DNA of 64,000 nt, from NCBI GenBank assembly GCA_964591855.1, contig CAZQAZ010000002.1, positions 36,851 to 100,850 on the forward strand, in the 5' to 3' direction. How positions within the stretch are numbered: position 1 is the stretch's first letter; each line of letters opens with the position of its first letter. The DNA is from Candidatus Woesearchaeota archaeon (GTDB lineage: Archaea > Nanobdellota > Nanobdellia > CAZCWL01 > CAZQAZ01). This document shows, one piece after another, positions 1 through 10,592 of this stretch. The position numbers and the translations under genes are program-made. Under the pieces are notes generated by a model. The model had not been told where the DNA came from. It saw only the letters and a list, made by a program, of their open reading frames with translations, and did no database searches.

Positions 1-9
1 TACACTTAC

Positions 10-2979
10 TTGAGTAGTCTTGGAAGTTTGACATGCGAGACTATAGAGAGATTAGAAAGAGAATCAGGTGTTATAAAGAATGTGGGTGAGGGTTACTTTG
101 TTAGTGAGGAATATAATTCTATGTATAATTACATTCCAGAGTATTGGGGAGAGGTTGATGATAACTTCAAAGGGACACTTGACTTGATGAAAGAAATATT
201 TGAGAAGGGGGTAGATTGGGAAGTAAGTCCAAAGCTAACTGTACCTAGTTACTTGGATTCAAGGTACCTTGAATACGAGGTTACAGCATATTCATTTGAT
301 CAAAATTTCTGTACGAATGGAAGACTAAGTAGTGAATCTAAAGGGTTATATACTCTAAAAGGGCAGTGTAATAGCAAGGATCTCCAGACCGATGAAACTT
401 GTAAGGACCCTTCAGTATATCCAAGCGAAGATGACGAATCCAAATATGCTGGCAGAGCCTTTAGAGATGATCTAAGTAACGATGATAATTACTTCTGTTC
501 AGACTTTACGTGTCATGCATGTTATAGAGGTCCAGAGGACATGTGGTTTAGCGGTGAGGCTAAAGAGTCGGAAAAGTTAAGTTTCGGACCATTCTGTCCT
601 ACAGGTATAAGCGTAAGCAATTCTTATGTTTATGGGATAAATTTAACTCTTAAGCCAGGAGCGTATCCAAAGGAGTGGACACCTGGTTTTGTGGTTTATA
701 TAGAACCTGACTATGATTTAGGTGTGAGTAAGGATGATTTAGAAAATGTACAAGTTAATATCTCAAATGTAGATCCCATAGGCAGGGAAGTAGACCACCC
801 CCTTTGTGAGGAAGTCACAGTATACGGTAAAGATGGCAATATTCTTACTGCAGATGAAGAGGGATGGTATACTGGTGCTAAAAAGGTTGTATGTAAACTA
901 GACTGGACGAAGCATGATGATCCAAGTGATGCGTTATATTACCTCGTATACGGTGGACCGACTAGATTAATCCCTGATAGCATTAATCTAACCTCCTACT
1001 TCCGTATAAAAATGAAAGAAGGAGACAACAGCAAAGCACATGTCAACTTCTTTATAGATATGGGTGTTGTTGGTAGTGATAGTGCATCAAGTCAAGGTGT
1101 GACCCCAGTTCTTCACGAGTATGATTGTTATAATGGGATAGACGATGATGGAGATGGAGCTATAGATCAAGATGACGATGATTGTAAGGAGGTTTGTAAT
1201 AATGGTGAAGACGATGACCACACAGTAAGCTCTAAAAAATTTGTAGAGATAATAAAAGGTTTTTATGAGGATCAAAATGATGAGTGTTACCAAGATTATT
1301 CCTGTGCTTTACAAAAAGCTATACAAAACGATCTTTTAACAGATACAGACCCCACTACTGGTGTTGATAGGGATGATTGGAAGTGTCACGAATATTCATG
1401 TACAGACGGGTCTGACGAGTATGATCCTAATAAATTCCCTGAGTTTTTCAACGACAACGATGGCAATGCGGATGGGAAAGATCCCGACTGTTGGGTTTAT
1501 GCAGACTTTTCTTGCTTAAGAGATTATGATCCAAGCAATCCATATACAACAAGCAAATTAAAAGATGGTGCTGAGGTGTTAAAACTTGTAGCAATAGTCA
1601 AAGTAAAAGATGAAGATGGGAATTGGCACTTTGTTAGAAGTGTTGATCTGGGTACAAGCGTTGTGGAGAACTACATAAACTTTTGTCCAACAAGCGAGAA
1701 TGATGAGGGACTCGTCTCCTTCTCCGGAGCTAATAATGGTTTGGTATCTATAGACTATCTTGGGACTGAGAGAAATTTCAGACCAATGCAGAGCCAGATC
1801 TCTCCTGGACTAGAAAAACCAATTGAAACTCCAGAAATACAGCCCATAAGAGGTCCATTTAGAATAGTACCTATAGAACCTGCTGACAAAGACATTGTTA
1901 CAGGAGATAGTGTTGAACTGAAGGCAGATGTTTTCAATGGGGATTCAAACTATCTTTATAGGTTTTACGTTAAGGACGTAACAAACCCTTCGGAGGGGGT
2001 GGAGACATGTGATGGAAGTGTGAAGAAATTGGAGGACAAACTAGAAGCTAGCTGTACATTTGAGGGCTTGAAAGAAGGACATGTATATGAATGGTATGTA
2101 GGAGCATATGATAAAGATGTGCCTGTGGGAACATTCTCCGATAAAAGTTTATTTAGAGTATCACCTGGTCCTGGAAGTATTTGCTACGATTACAAGGGAA
2201 ATGAGATTCCTTGTTCGTCCTTCGCAACTAAAAAGTATATAGATAGAAATCTTGTTACCCTTCCTTTAAGCTTCAAGTATGGTGCGTCAGTACACAAAAC
2301 GTATGAGTCAGAGGAACCACCAACGCCTAAGAACCCATCTTGCGGTGATTATCCAGTGGTTCAGTACTTCCCTGAAGAAGATAGGGCGAGTGATTTCTTA
2401 TTCGCATATAAGATACCTATTGAATCGTGTACAGGAAGCGACCAATGTAAGAAATGTACAATACGTTGTGGAATAGAGAGTGGAGGTATACTAAGTGAGA
2501 GTAAAGAAAGTGAGATCCTATCAAATGGTGAGGTTTGTAGTTTAGTTTGCTACGAAGAGAATGGTGATGAGGAATGCACAATATGGTGTAATCCATCTGA
2601 ACCGGAAGTGTCATGTTCTTGTAGTAAGAATGTGGCTAATGATCTTTATTATGATTACTACAACAAAGATGGCGTCCAAAGCAACGTTCGATGTAAAGAT
2701 GAGGAAGGCAAAGTTGAGTGTGTTGTGGATTACTTGGACTCGGATACAGGCGAAACAAAGAGGGTTTGCGATGTGATACACGATAAAACATGCGATGAAG
2801 AAAGGTGTGTATCTTGGGATTCAAATGATAATTGTGTGCCCGAGAGCTTTATTGCGTTTGAGAATAGAACTCTTGTTAATATGAGCTTTAAGTTCAAGTT
2901 TGATATAGATTACAATGCTTTGATCTCGCTTTACTCTAATGAAGATAGAGTACCAATGTTAATAGGGAGGGCAATATGA
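10..2979 (+). CDS. Large acidic cysteine-rich secreted protein; 5' end lies outside the window; contains a MopE/thrombospondin-like Ca-binding motif (CYNGIDDDGDGAIDQDDDDC) and an Ig/Fn3-like segment
   Basis: Open frame runs from the window edge for 989 aa. Very high Cys and Asp/Glu content. The CxDxDxDGxxDxDDDC motif was read directly. Its stop overlaps the next start (ATGA). Confidence 0.55.
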   Translation: MSSLGSLTCETIERLERESGVIKNVGEGYFVSEEYNSMYNYIPEYWGEVDDNFKGTLDLMKEIFEKGVDWEVSPKLTVPSYLDSRYLEYEVTAYSFDQNFCTNGRLSSESKGLYTLKGQCNSKDLQTDETCKDPSVYPSEDDESKYAGRAFRDDLSNDDNYFCSDFTCHACYRGPEDMWFSGEAKESEKLSFGPFCPTGISVSNSYVYGINLTLKPGAYPKEWTPGFVVYIEPDYDLGVSKDDLENVQVNISNVDPIGREVDHPLCEEVTVYGKDGNILTADEEGWYTGAKKVVCKLDWTKHDDPSDALYYLVYGGPTRLIPDSINLTSYFRIKMKEGDNSKAHVNFFIDMGVVGSDSASSQGVTPVLHEYDCYNGIDDDGDGAIDQDDDDCKEVCNNGEDDDHTVSSKKFVEIIKGFYEDQNDECYQDYSCALQKAIQNDLLTDTDPTTGVDRDDWKCHEYSCTDGSDEYDPNKFPEFFNDNDGNADGKDPDCWVYADFSCLRDYDPSNPYTTSKLKDGAEVLKLVAIVKVKDEDGNWHFVRSVDLGTSVVENYINFCPTSENDEGLVSFSGANNGLVSIDYLGTERNFRPMQSQISPGLEKPIETPEIQPIRGPFRIVPIEPADKDIVTGDSVELKADVFNGDSNYLYRFYVKDVTNPSEGVETCDGSVKKLEDKLEASCTFEGLKEGHVYEWYVGAYDKDVPVGTFSDKSLFRVSPGPGSICYDYKGNEIPCSSFATKKYIDRNLVTLPLSFKYGASVHKTYESEEPPTPKNPSCGDYPVVQYFPEEDRASDFLFAYKIPIESCTGSDQCKKCTIRCGIESGGILSESKESEILSNGEVCSLVCYEENGDEECTIWCNPSEPEVSCSCSKNVANDLYYDYYNKDGVQSNVRCKDEEGKVECVVDYLDSDTGETKRVCDVIHDKTCDEERCVSWDSNDNCVPESFIAFENRTLVNMSFKFKFDIDYNALISLYSNEDRVPMLIGRAI

Positions 2980-5078
2980 GAAAATTTGTTTATATTGCTG
3001 CTGTTGTATTGATTCTGCTAGTTGTACATCTGTCACTAGGGCTGCAGTACGACCAGAATACTAAGTGTGGAGATAAGGCCTTATCTAACAAGTTTGTTTT
3101 CTCTATTGATAACGGCTGTAAGCCATACGGTCAGAGTGGTAAGTATGTATTTACTTTTAGGGATGGGTTAGCAGCTAGAGGGGCATGTTTTGCAGAGGAT
3201 GGAAGATGTACAGAAAGCAGGTGTGATTTCTCACAACCAGATGGTTCCTTTTGTGCAGTAGGTGTTGGCATAGATAAAGGTGCTACGGAGTATGGTGCTA
3301 TTTGTAGTAGTAAAGATTATGCAGCATGGGACAACTCTTCAGGAGCATGCGTCGAATGTTCAGGAATATATGAGCTTGGAAAGTATGCCGACCAAAAAGA
3401 TATATACTTATCTCCAGAGAGTCCGCGTATAGACTCAAGTATAATGACTTTGCCAAAAGACACTCTTGGTGAGACAAGAAAGACAGTAGAGTCAGGTTGT
3501 GCAATTAGGATGGGATCTCCACTTGATGTTTATTGGTGCGATGAGTACTATCCCTTCTCTGAGGGCGAAGAATTAAACGAAGATCAAATTGACTTTTACC
3601 TTGATAAAGGAATATTTAGGCCAGATTCCTACAGGAAGGTTATTAAAAGTGAAGGTGATGACTTTGAAAAGTATGAATACTCGGATCCTATTCCCTCTAC
3701 AGAACTTCCACCGATAGCAACAGAGTGTTATACAAAGAATAAGTTTGGACAAGGGAAGTGTGCAGCTTACTGTGGTTATGATGGACAGTTGCATGCTATG
3801 GAATGTGTTGACGATAATGAGTGCCCAGACGCATTCCTCATCACCAAAGATCCAGACTCATCGGACTACTTCCCAAGATATGAAATAAGAAGATCTGTGA
3901 GGCACTGTACAAGGAAACTCCCATTTGAATGTGCAGTCGATTCCGAAGAGGATTTGGATGACTCAAGACAGGCATGTGCAGCTTACGGACTTCAATACAT
4001 TAAAGCAGGAGAGGAAAATGTAGGAGAGTATGTAGACACAGATACACTTGGATGTTGTGGAGATGATGTTTATGCAAATGGGAGACCAAAGGAATTTATA
4101 AGGTACAGGGTGGTTGTTGGAGGAAGGACAGATTATAGTGATGTAGCTTGTTGTGGAGGAGAGGATAGATGTGTATACAATGGCAAGTGTTACAAAGAAG
4201 GATCAGCTGTTACCATAGATGGAAGGAAAGCACATTGTTATAACGGTGTTTGGGTGGCAAGAGGCTTAGACTTATATTATGGCTATCCTTCATATGTAGA
4301 ACTTCCAAAGTGTGGAGACTATATATGTGATGTCTCCACAGGTGAGAATTGTTTCACCTGCCCAATAGACTGTAGCTTTGATAGAGAATTCTCAAGTGTG
4401 GAAGTGTTTGACAAGGAAGTAATGCACAAAGGAGATAAGGATTATTATCCAGACGAAGTTGGAAATTACCATAACAATTCCTTTGATCTTACATGGTCCG
4501 ATAAGATAGTATGCGCTCCGTACTCCAACTTAAAATATAAAAGTCTTTATGGCTGGACTAGAGAAAAGACTAATTTCAATAATTCAAGAGTTGTTGTAAA
4601 GTGCGATAGTGACGAAGGTAAGGGTTGCGACGATGAGTTATCCTGCGAAGGACTATTCTGGTTCAAGCAATCCTCTAATGCTTTCTGCGTTAAGGCTTCG
4701 CCTGGGGATAAGCTTGAAGTTGAGTTGGAGGATGAAAATAGTGGTGATCACAGCAAGATCTTCACTGTAGAAGAAATAGATCCAACAGCAACAGACAGGA
4801 CGAAACCATTTGGATGCTTAAACAAAGGGATAGTATGTTTTTATGTTGATGTACTTGGATTTGACTCCCATAATGTGGAAGAAGACTACGTAGATAAAAT
4901 TAAGAGTGTTAAATACATTCAGTATCCTAAATCAGTTAGATCAACATGTGAATATGATTCGGAATGTGAATCTCATAACTGTGCTAAGTTTGGAGTGACA
5001 GGTGTGTGCTGTCCTTATGGTTACAAATTCAACGGAGAGGAGTGTTACCTTCCAGAGCAGTTTGATTACGACTCTTAG
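2976..5078 (+). CDS. Cysteine-rich secreted/membrane-anchored protein (700 aa) with N-terminal hydrophobic signal/anchor
   Basis: ATG overlaps the upstream stop. N-terminus MRKFVYIAAVVLILLVV is hydrophobic. Many paired Cys (CCGG, CxxC). Confidence 0.6.
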   Translation: MRKFVYIAAVVLILLVVHLSLGLQYDQNTKCGDKALSNKFVFSIDNGCKPYGQSGKYVFTFRDGLAARGACFAEDGRCTESRCDFSQPDGSFCAVGVGIDKGATEYGAICSSKDYAAWDNSSGACVECSGIYELGKYADQKDIYLSPESPRIDSSIMTLPKDTLGETRKTVESGCAIRMGSPLDVYWCDEYYPFSEGEELNEDQIDFYLDKGIFRPDSYRKVIKSEGDDFEKYEYSDPIPSTELPPIATECYTKNKFGQGKCAAYCGYDGQLHAMECVDDNECPDAFLITKDPDSSDYFPRYEIRRSVRHCTRKLPFECAVDSEEDLDDSRQACAAYGLQYIKAGEENVGEYVDTDTLGCCGDDVYANGRPKEFIRYRVVVGGRTDYSDVACCGGEDRCVYNGKCYKEGSAVTIDGRKAHCYNGVWVARGLDLYYGYPSYVELPKCGDYICDVSTGENCFTCPIDCSFDREFSSVEVFDKEVMHKGDKDYYPDEVGNYHNNSFDLTWSDKIVCAPYSNLKYKSLYGWTREKTNFNNSRVVVKCDSDEGKGCDDELSCEGLFWFKQSSNAFCVKASPGDKLEVELEDENSGDHSKIFTVEEIDPTATDRTKPFGCLNKGIVCFYVDVLGFDSHNVEEDYVDKIKSVKYIQYPKSVRSTCEYDSECESHNCAKFGVTGVCCPYGYKFNGEECYLPEQFDYDS

Positions 5079-5080
5079 GA

Positions 5081-6325
5081 GTGAATAAAATGGTATCAAG
5101 TAAAGCTGTAGTTTTTGTTGTCTCGACGATAATAGTAGTGATAACCTTGTTTTACTTTGCTTTACCTGTTACATCAATTCTTCATGCTTCGGCAGTCGAA
5201 CTGAACATGAAATCTTACTATGCTTTAACCGATGCTATAAAAGAAGCAAACACAAAAGGCATGGGAATAACAGATAAAATCTACCTTCAGAACAATTATT
5301 TCATAGTCTTTTTCAGGAATAATGAAGTTCTTGATAAACTTGTTAAAGGGGAGATATCGGGGTTTGAGGTCAAAGAGTATGTTTTTGATGGGAGTAGGTC
5401 AGGTTATATGTATTACAGGTCTGGTGTAGATAAGAAAGTGTATGAAGTGGACAGTAAGGCGTTTTATGGTGAAGACGAATTGAACAAGTGCGATATGGAT
5501 GAAAACTGCGTATGTTTGGTGAATTTAGATTACTATGATCCCAGCAACATTAACACGTGGATATACCAAATAGGTACTGAGCAGGGCGGGTTTGGTTGTT
5601 TAGATAGAGTATCCATCCAAGATACAACTATGAATAAATGGGAGACAAATACAGAACCGTACTTTTATGAGGTGAAGCTTTTCAAGCCACTAGGATGTTC
5701 TATCCCACAGAATAATATGAAGGCACCAATTCTGGAGTACAGAGATGGTGAAGGGAAAACACACAGGTTCTTTACGGATTTCTCTACGCTTGCCTTCATG
5801 GATCAATTTATATCCAAAGTTGGGAAGAACTTTACCTTGACTTTCGTTGAGTGTAAGCCTATGAAGGAATTATGTTCATGTGATATCTGTAGTCTATATG
5901 CAGATGAATACTCATGTACAGGAACAGGCTACGAGGAAGGTAGCCACTTTGGATGTGCATGGGATAGTGAGAAAGGAATGTGCTACAATGAGAAAAATTA
6001 TGAAAACTCAACCAACGACTGTTCGTTATGGATAATAAGTGATAAGGTGCGTCAGATATATTCTATCACCGAAAGGTCTAAGTTTGATTACATAATCTTT
6101 AAGAAAGAAGGCTGTGCTTTGCAGTGGTTTGATTCTTCGAAGAGGCCAATTGGCACAGACTCTATCTTTTATGAAGATTATGGAGGAGAGCTATTTGTAG
6201 AGGGGAAGGGCGAGGATAAGGATAAGATTGGAGCATGTGAGCCATGTTTCCAGACTATACCTGTGGAGCAATGTGGGGATCAACAACCTTGCTGTAAAGA
6301 GGAGGCAAAGTGTTCTCCCATATAG
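5081..6325 (+). CDS. Cysteine-rich surface protein (414 aa) with class III-like signal (SSKA/VVFVVSTIIVVITLF) and a C-terminal CCK...C module
   Basis: Third gene of the translationally coupled operon. N-terminal basic stretch followed by a hydrophobic helix. C-terminus is CEPCFQTIPVEQCGDQQPCCKEEAKC. Confidence 0.55.
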   Translation: MNKMVSSKAVVFVVSTIIVVITLFYFALPVTSILHASAVELNMKSYYALTDAIKEANTKGMGITDKIYLQNNYFIVFFRNNEVLDKLVKGEISGFEVKEYVFDGSRSGYMYYRSGVDKKVYEVDSKAFYGEDELNKCDMDENCVCLVNLDYYDPSNINTWIYQIGTEQGGFGCLDRVSIQDTTMNKWETNTEPYFYEVKLFKPLGCSIPQNNMKAPILEYRDGEGKTHRFFTDFSTLAFMDQFISKVGKNFTLTFVECKPMKELCSCDICSLYADEYSCTGTGYEEGSHFGCAWDSEKGMCYNEKNYENSTNDCSLWIISDKVRQIYSITERSKFDYIIFKKEGCALQWFDSSKRPIGTDSIFYEDYGGELFVEGKGEDKDKIGACEPCFQTIPVEQCGDQQPCCKEEAKCSPI

Positions 6326-6385
6326 TAAGCTTTTTAAACAAATCCTTTCATATTGTTTTAATCTTAAATGCAGAGGTGATACAAA

Positions 6386-6664
6386 ATGGCAGAAAACGAA
6401 AACGTCATATACATTGGTTCAAAGCCTACAATGAACTACGTCTTAGCTGTGATAACACAGTTCCACAGCGGTGCAAAGCAAGTTGTTGTGAAGGCGAGGG
6501 GAAGAGCAATCTCCAAAGCCGTAGACGTGGTGGAGATTGTGAGAAACAAGTTCATGAACGACGTTAAGCCAACAAAGATAGAAGTCATGACAGAAGAGAT
6601 AGAAACAGAGAAAGGAACAAGGAACATATCAACAATGACAATAACACTTGAGAAGAGTGCATGA
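6386..6664 (+). CDS. albA: Alba chromatin/RNA-binding protein
   Basis: 92 aa. Sequence [22 protein letters not shown]...[21 protein letters not shown] is typical Alba. GAGGTGAT Shine-Dalgarno sits 8 nt upstream. Confidence 0.85.
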   Translation: MAENENVIYIGSKPTMNYVLAVITQFHSGAKQVVVKARGRAISKAVDVVEIVRNKFMNDVKPTKIEVMTEEIETEKGTRNISTMTITLEKSA

Positions 6665-7338
6665 AAATGGCAATCAAAGCAAACGATTTTTTAATTATTA
6701 ATTTTTCTGCTAAACTTAAGTCCACTGGAGAGGTCTTTGATAGCACTTTCCCAGACGAGGCTAAAAAGCTTGGAATAGAGAATCCAAAACCTGTTAAGGT
6801 CATCGTTGGGCAGGAAATGATAGTTAAAGGTTTAGATGAAAGCTTTTTAGGAAGGGAAGAAGGAGAGGAGTACACTATAGAAGTTCCACCTGAGAAGGCA
6901 TTTGGTAAGAGAGATCCAAGCCTTGTAAAGCTTATACCTATGAAGGAATTTAAAAAACAAGGAATAACTCCTTATCCAGGCATGCAGCTAAGGATAGATA
7001 ACATTCCTGCAAGAGTCATAACTGTTTCTTCAGGTAGGGTTGTTATAGATTTTAACTTTCCTCTTGCAGGCAAGGACATAATTTATAAAGTTAAAATAGA
7101 AAAGGTTATAAAGGACCCAAAAGAGAAGATAGATACCCTTCTTGAGATGTTTAACATACAGGCTGAAAAAGAATATAAAGATAAGAGTGTTATAATAAGG
7201 TTAGAAAAAGACCTTCCAGAAAGTTTAAAAAATGAGATTTCAAAGAAAATTCAAGAGTTTACTGGTTACGAAGCTAAGTTTGAGGTGAAGTCAGATGGAG
7301 TCGATAATAAGGAACGCAAAGTTGAGAATGGAGAATGA
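6661..7338 (+). CDS. FKBP-type peptidyl-prolyl cis-trans isomerase (long archaeal FKBP with IF domain)
   Basis: FKBP fold motifs read in [17 protein letters not shown]...[19 protein letters not shown]. Confidence 0.75.
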   Translation: MKMAIKANDFLIINFSAKLKSTGEVFDSTFPDEAKKLGIENPKPVKVIVGQEMIVKGLDESFLGREEGEEYTIEVPPEKAFGKRDPSLVKLIPMKEFKKQGITPYPGMQLRIDNIPARVITVSSGRVVIDFNFPLAGKDIIYKVKIEKVIKDPKEKIDTLLEMFNIQAEKEYKDKSVIIRLEKDLPESLKNEISKKIQEFTGYEAKFEVKSDGVDNKERKVENGE

Positions 7339-8434
7339 AGAGAAAGGAGCTTTGGCTGTAAAAACTTTGAGATCAACAGACAAAACAAAGAACGTTGATG
7401 CTGAATTAGAGAAGTTACTTGAGAACAGGAGAGCTGCAATAAAAGTTATAGGTGTGGGTGGAGCAGGTAATAACTCAATAACAAGAATGTCGGAGGTTGG
7501 AATTAAAGGTGCAGAGTTGATAGCAGTTAACACAGATGCTGCTGACTTGTTATGTACACAGTGTGATGTTAAGATACTAATAGGAAGGGAGATCTCACAG
7601 GGACTTGGTGCAGGTGCAGATCCAAAGGTTGGTAGAGAAGCTGCTAAAGAACAAGAGCAAGAATTAAAGAAAGCTCTTAAGGGAGCAGATTTAGTTTTCA
7701 TAACAGCAGGTTTGGGTGGAGGTACTGGTTCTGGAGCAGCACCAATTATAGCAGAGCTAGCTAAGAAACAAGGCATATTAACAGTTGCCGTGGTTACTTT
7801 ACCTTTCTCAATGGAAGGTAAAGTAAGAATGGAGAATGCAATGGAAGCATTAGAAAGATTAGAAGCTGTCACGGATACAATAATAGTTATACCAAATGAT
7901 AAACTTCTTGAGATAGCTCCTGACTTACCATTACATGTATCATTCAAAGTAGCAGATGAGATCTTAACAAACGCTGTTAAAGGAATCACAGAGTTAATAA
8001 CAAAGAGCGGATTGATAAACTTAGACTTTGCGGACATTAAGGCGGTGATGAAGGAAGGAGGAGTAGCAATGATTGGTGTTGGAGAAGACGATTCAGAGAA
8101 CAGAGCACAGATGGCAGTTGAGAAAGCAATTAACAACCCATTGTTGGATGTTGATATAGCAGGAGCATCAGGTGCATTAATTAATGTTACTGGTGGAACA
8201 AACATGACTCTTGACGAAGCAAAGAAAGTAGTTGAAACCATATCTAAGATGTTAAGTGAGGATGCAAAGATAATATGGGGAGCACAAATTGAACCAGACA
8301 TGAAAAATAGCATAAGAGCTATGTTAATAGTAACTGGTGTTACTAGCCCACAGATCTATGGTAAAGACAAACTAATACTTGAAGAGAGACACAGCGAATA
8401 CGAGGATGAATTAGGAATTGAGTACTTAAAGTAA
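7295..8434 (+). CDS. ftsZ: Cell division GTPase FtsZ
   Basis: GVGGAGNN and GLGGGTGSGAAP tubulin signature motifs. Confidence 0.9.
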   Translation: MESIIRNAKLRMENEEKGALAVKTLRSTDKTKNVDAELEKLLENRRAAIKVIGVGGAGNNSITRMSEVGIKGAELIAVNTDAADLLCTQCDVKILIGREISQGLGAGADPKVGREAAKEQEQELKKALKGADLVFITAGLGGGTGSGAAPIIAELAKKQGILTVAVVTLPFSMEGKVRMENAMEALERLEAVTDTIIVIPNDKLLEIAPDLPLHVSFKVADEILTNAVKGITELITKSGLINLDFADIKAVMKEGGVAMIGVGEDDSENRAQMAVEKAINNPLLDVDIAGASGALINVTGGTNMTLDEAKKVVETISKMLSEDAKIIWGAQIEPDMKNSIRAMLIVTGVTSPQIYGKDKLILEERHSEYEDELGIEYLK

Positions 8435-8446
8435 AGAGTTGATACC

Positions 8447-8647
8447 ATGAGATTCAACATTAAAGCATGGATAAGAAGCTTGCCCCACAAGTTAAGAGAG
8501 TACATTAGGATAATTAAGATAGCAAGAAAACCAACCAAAGAAGAGTTTACAAGAATAGCAAAGATCACAGGGGCAGGTATAGTGATTATAGGACTTATAG
8601 GTTTCATTGTACAAGCAGTATACAATGTGGTGACACACCTTGTCTAA
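8447..8647 (+). CDS. secE: Protein translocase subunit SecE (Sec61 gamma)
   Basis: 66 aa with a single C-terminal transmembrane helix, placed immediately upstream of nusG-L11. Confidence 0.7.
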   Translation: MRFNIKAWIRSLPHKLREYIRIIKIARKPTKEEFTRIAKITGAGIVIIGLIGFIVQAVYNVVTHLV

Positions 8648-9095
8648 GATATTCATAGTAAGAACAACATCTGGAAGAGAAACACAAGTAGTTGAGAGAC
8701 TTGTTTCAAGATACAATCATGAGAAAGAAAACTACCCAGGAATCTTTGCTATAATGAAGCCGCATGAGATCAGAGGTTACATATTTGTTGAGGCAGATTC
8801 AAGGGAGCAAGTGTCCCAGTTAATATATGGAGTCACATATGCAAAGGGAGTTATAAATGAGCCAATAACAATAAAGGAGCTTGAGCACTTCTTTGCGCCA
8901 GTGTCGGAGATTATTAACATACAAAAAGGAGACATAGTAGAAATAACCTCAGGACCATTCAAAGGTGAGAAAGCAAAAGTTAGGAGAGTAAACAAAATAA
9001 AAGAAGAGGTTGTTGTAGAGCTAATCGAAGCAGCAGTCTCCATACCAATAACTTTAAAACTTGATGCTGTCAGAGTTATAAGAAGAGAGGAGTGA
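8640..9095 (+). CDS. nusG: Transcription elongation factor Spt5/NusG
   Basis: NGN domain at the N-terminus (IFIVRTTSGRE) and a KOW motif (GDIVEITSGPFKGEKAKV). Conserved position between secE and L11. Confidence 0.85.
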   Translation: MSKIFIVRTTSGRETQVVERLVSRYNHEKENYPGIFAIMKPHEIRGYIFVEADSREQVSQLIYGVTYAKGVINEPITIKELEHFFAPVSEIINIQKGDIVEITSGPFKGEKAKVRRVNKIKEEVVVELIEAAVSIPITLKLDAVRVIRREE

Positions 9096-9099
9096 GATT

Positions 9100-9576
9100 A
9101 TGAGTGAAGTAATAGAGTTGCTTATTGAAGGAGGTAAGGCAACAGCCGGACCACCACTAGGTCCAACTTTAGCTCCACTTAAGGTTAATGTTGGTAAAAT
9201 TGTAGCAGACATAAATGAAAAAACAAAGTCATTTGCTGGAATGAAAGTTCCAGTGAAGGTCATAGTTGATCCAGAGACTAAAGAATACGAGATAGAAGTT
9301 GGACTTCCACCAACGTCTCAGTTAATAAAGAAAGAACTAAACCTTGAGAAAGGAAGCCAGCAAGCTGGGAGAGAAATAGTTGGTGACATAAGTCTAGAGA
9401 AGGTTATCGAGATAGCAAAGATTAAAATGGAGAGTATGCTAACAAAGGACTTGAAGAACGCAGCCAAGCAAGTCATTGGAACTTGTTTGTCCATGGGGAT
9501 AACAGTAAATGGAAAGGATCCAAGAGAAGTGATACAAGAAATAAACGAAGGCAAGCATGATTCTTTATTCAAGTAA
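9100..9576 (+). CDS. rpl11: 50S ribosomal protein L11
   Basis: GKATAGPPLGPTLAPLKVNVGKIV L11 signature. GAGGAGTGA Shine-Dalgarno upstream. Confidence 0.9.
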   Translation: MSEVIELLIEGGKATAGPPLGPTLAPLKVNVGKIVADINEKTKSFAGMKVPVKVIVDPETKEYEIEVGLPPTSQLIKKELNLEKGSQQAGREIVGDISLEKVIEIAKIKMESMLTKDLKNAAKQVIGTCLSMGITVNGKDPREVIQEINEGKHDSLFK

Positions 9577-9578
9577 AT

Positions 9579-10592
9579 TTAGTGTTCTTTTACTTTCTCC
9601 TTAAGATAGTAATTATAAATAGTTTGAATTATACCTGCTATGAAAGGTCCATAGATGAAACCCATAGGTCCAAATAACATTGGACCTGCAATAAGTGATA
9701 CAAGGACCAAAGCAGGATGAATATCAGAACCTTTTGATGTAAGCATTGGGATTATGTAGAAAGTAGGTAAGATCGATAAGAATATTCCACCATAGAAGAA
9801 GAGGAATACTCCTTGCCATATGTGCCCAACATAAATATGCCATATCGAAGCTGGAATGTATATGAGATATGTTGTAAGGATTGGAAGTAATGCTCCTAAT
9901 GCACAAAGCATTGCAAGTAGAAGGGCAAATGGAGTATTTGTTAAGAAGAAACCTAAGTATGCTAAGACACCAACGATTATTGCAGCTAAGATATATCTTA
10001 TGAAGAAAGACCTGTATACCTCCTCAAGAATTACCAAGAAGCTTTTAACGTTTTTCTTCACATTTTTTGGGGTCAAATAATCCACGAACTCAGATACAGA
10101 GCTTCTGACCTCTTCCTGTTCTGCCAGTAAGAAGAATAGAATGTACAATCCAACTGCTAACTTAAGCAGCGAAATTAAGAACCACTTCGCTGTCTCTTGT
10201 GTTACGACCATGTTATTGACATAGTTAAGCACAAAGCTGGATAGAGTGGGCCCAACTCCTGATAAGCCATACTTGCTAAGTGTTTCACTTAGTTTGTCTT
10301 CTAAGCTAAGTGATTCCGAATAGAAAGAATTAAAGAATGTAAACAAGAAGTACGAGGAGTACACTAAAAAGATGAGTAAGAGAAGCAACAAGATGCCAAT
10401 AATAATAGCCGTTGACTTGAATCTGTTCTTAGTGCGCTTGTCTAATTTTTTTCTGAGGGGGTAGAGTATGAAACTTCCTAGCAAAGCAAGGACCACAGCG
10501 TCTATAAGTGGTGATATCAACAGTAGGCCAAGAGCAAGAAATATGAGCAAAGTAATTGTTTTAAAGTCAAGCTTCATGTTTTTTATTAACAA
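9579..10592 (-). CDS. Polytopic membrane protein, AI-2E (UPF0118/PerM-like) transporter family candidate
   Basis: 337 aa with about 8 predicted transmembrane helices. It sits on the opposite strand between L11 and L1. Confidence 0.45.
   Translation of the reverse strand: MLIKNMKLDFKTITLLIFLALGLLLISPLIDAVVLALLGSFILYPLRKKLDKRTKNRFKSTAIIIGILLLLLLIFLVYSSYFLFTFFNSFYSESLSLEDKLSETLSKYGLSGVGPTLSSFVLNYVNNMVVTQETAKWFLISLLKLAVGLYILFFLLAEQEEVRSSVSEFVDYLTPKNVKKNVKSFLVILEEVYRSFFIRYILAAIIVGVLAYLGFFLTNTPFALLLAMLCALGALLPILTTYLIYIPASIWHIYVGHIWQGVFLFFYGGIFLSILPTFYIIPMLTSKGSDIHPALVLVSLIAGPMLFGPMGFIYGPFIAGIIQTIYNYYLKEKVKEH

Noticed and set aside
6228-6875. Cluster of short overlapping ORFs (6228-6434, 6310-6567, 6436-6627, 6585-6875) around the Alba gene
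   Set aside because: All overlap the well-supported Alba and FKBP genes in other frames or strands, and have no motifs. They are chance ORFs.
7291-8313. Long minus-strand ORF (340 aa) antisense to ftsZ
   Set aside because: It overlaps the strongly supported ftsZ gene, has a low-complexity Ala/Ser-rich translation, and resembles no known family. It is a typical antisense shadow ORF of a GC-skewed coding region.
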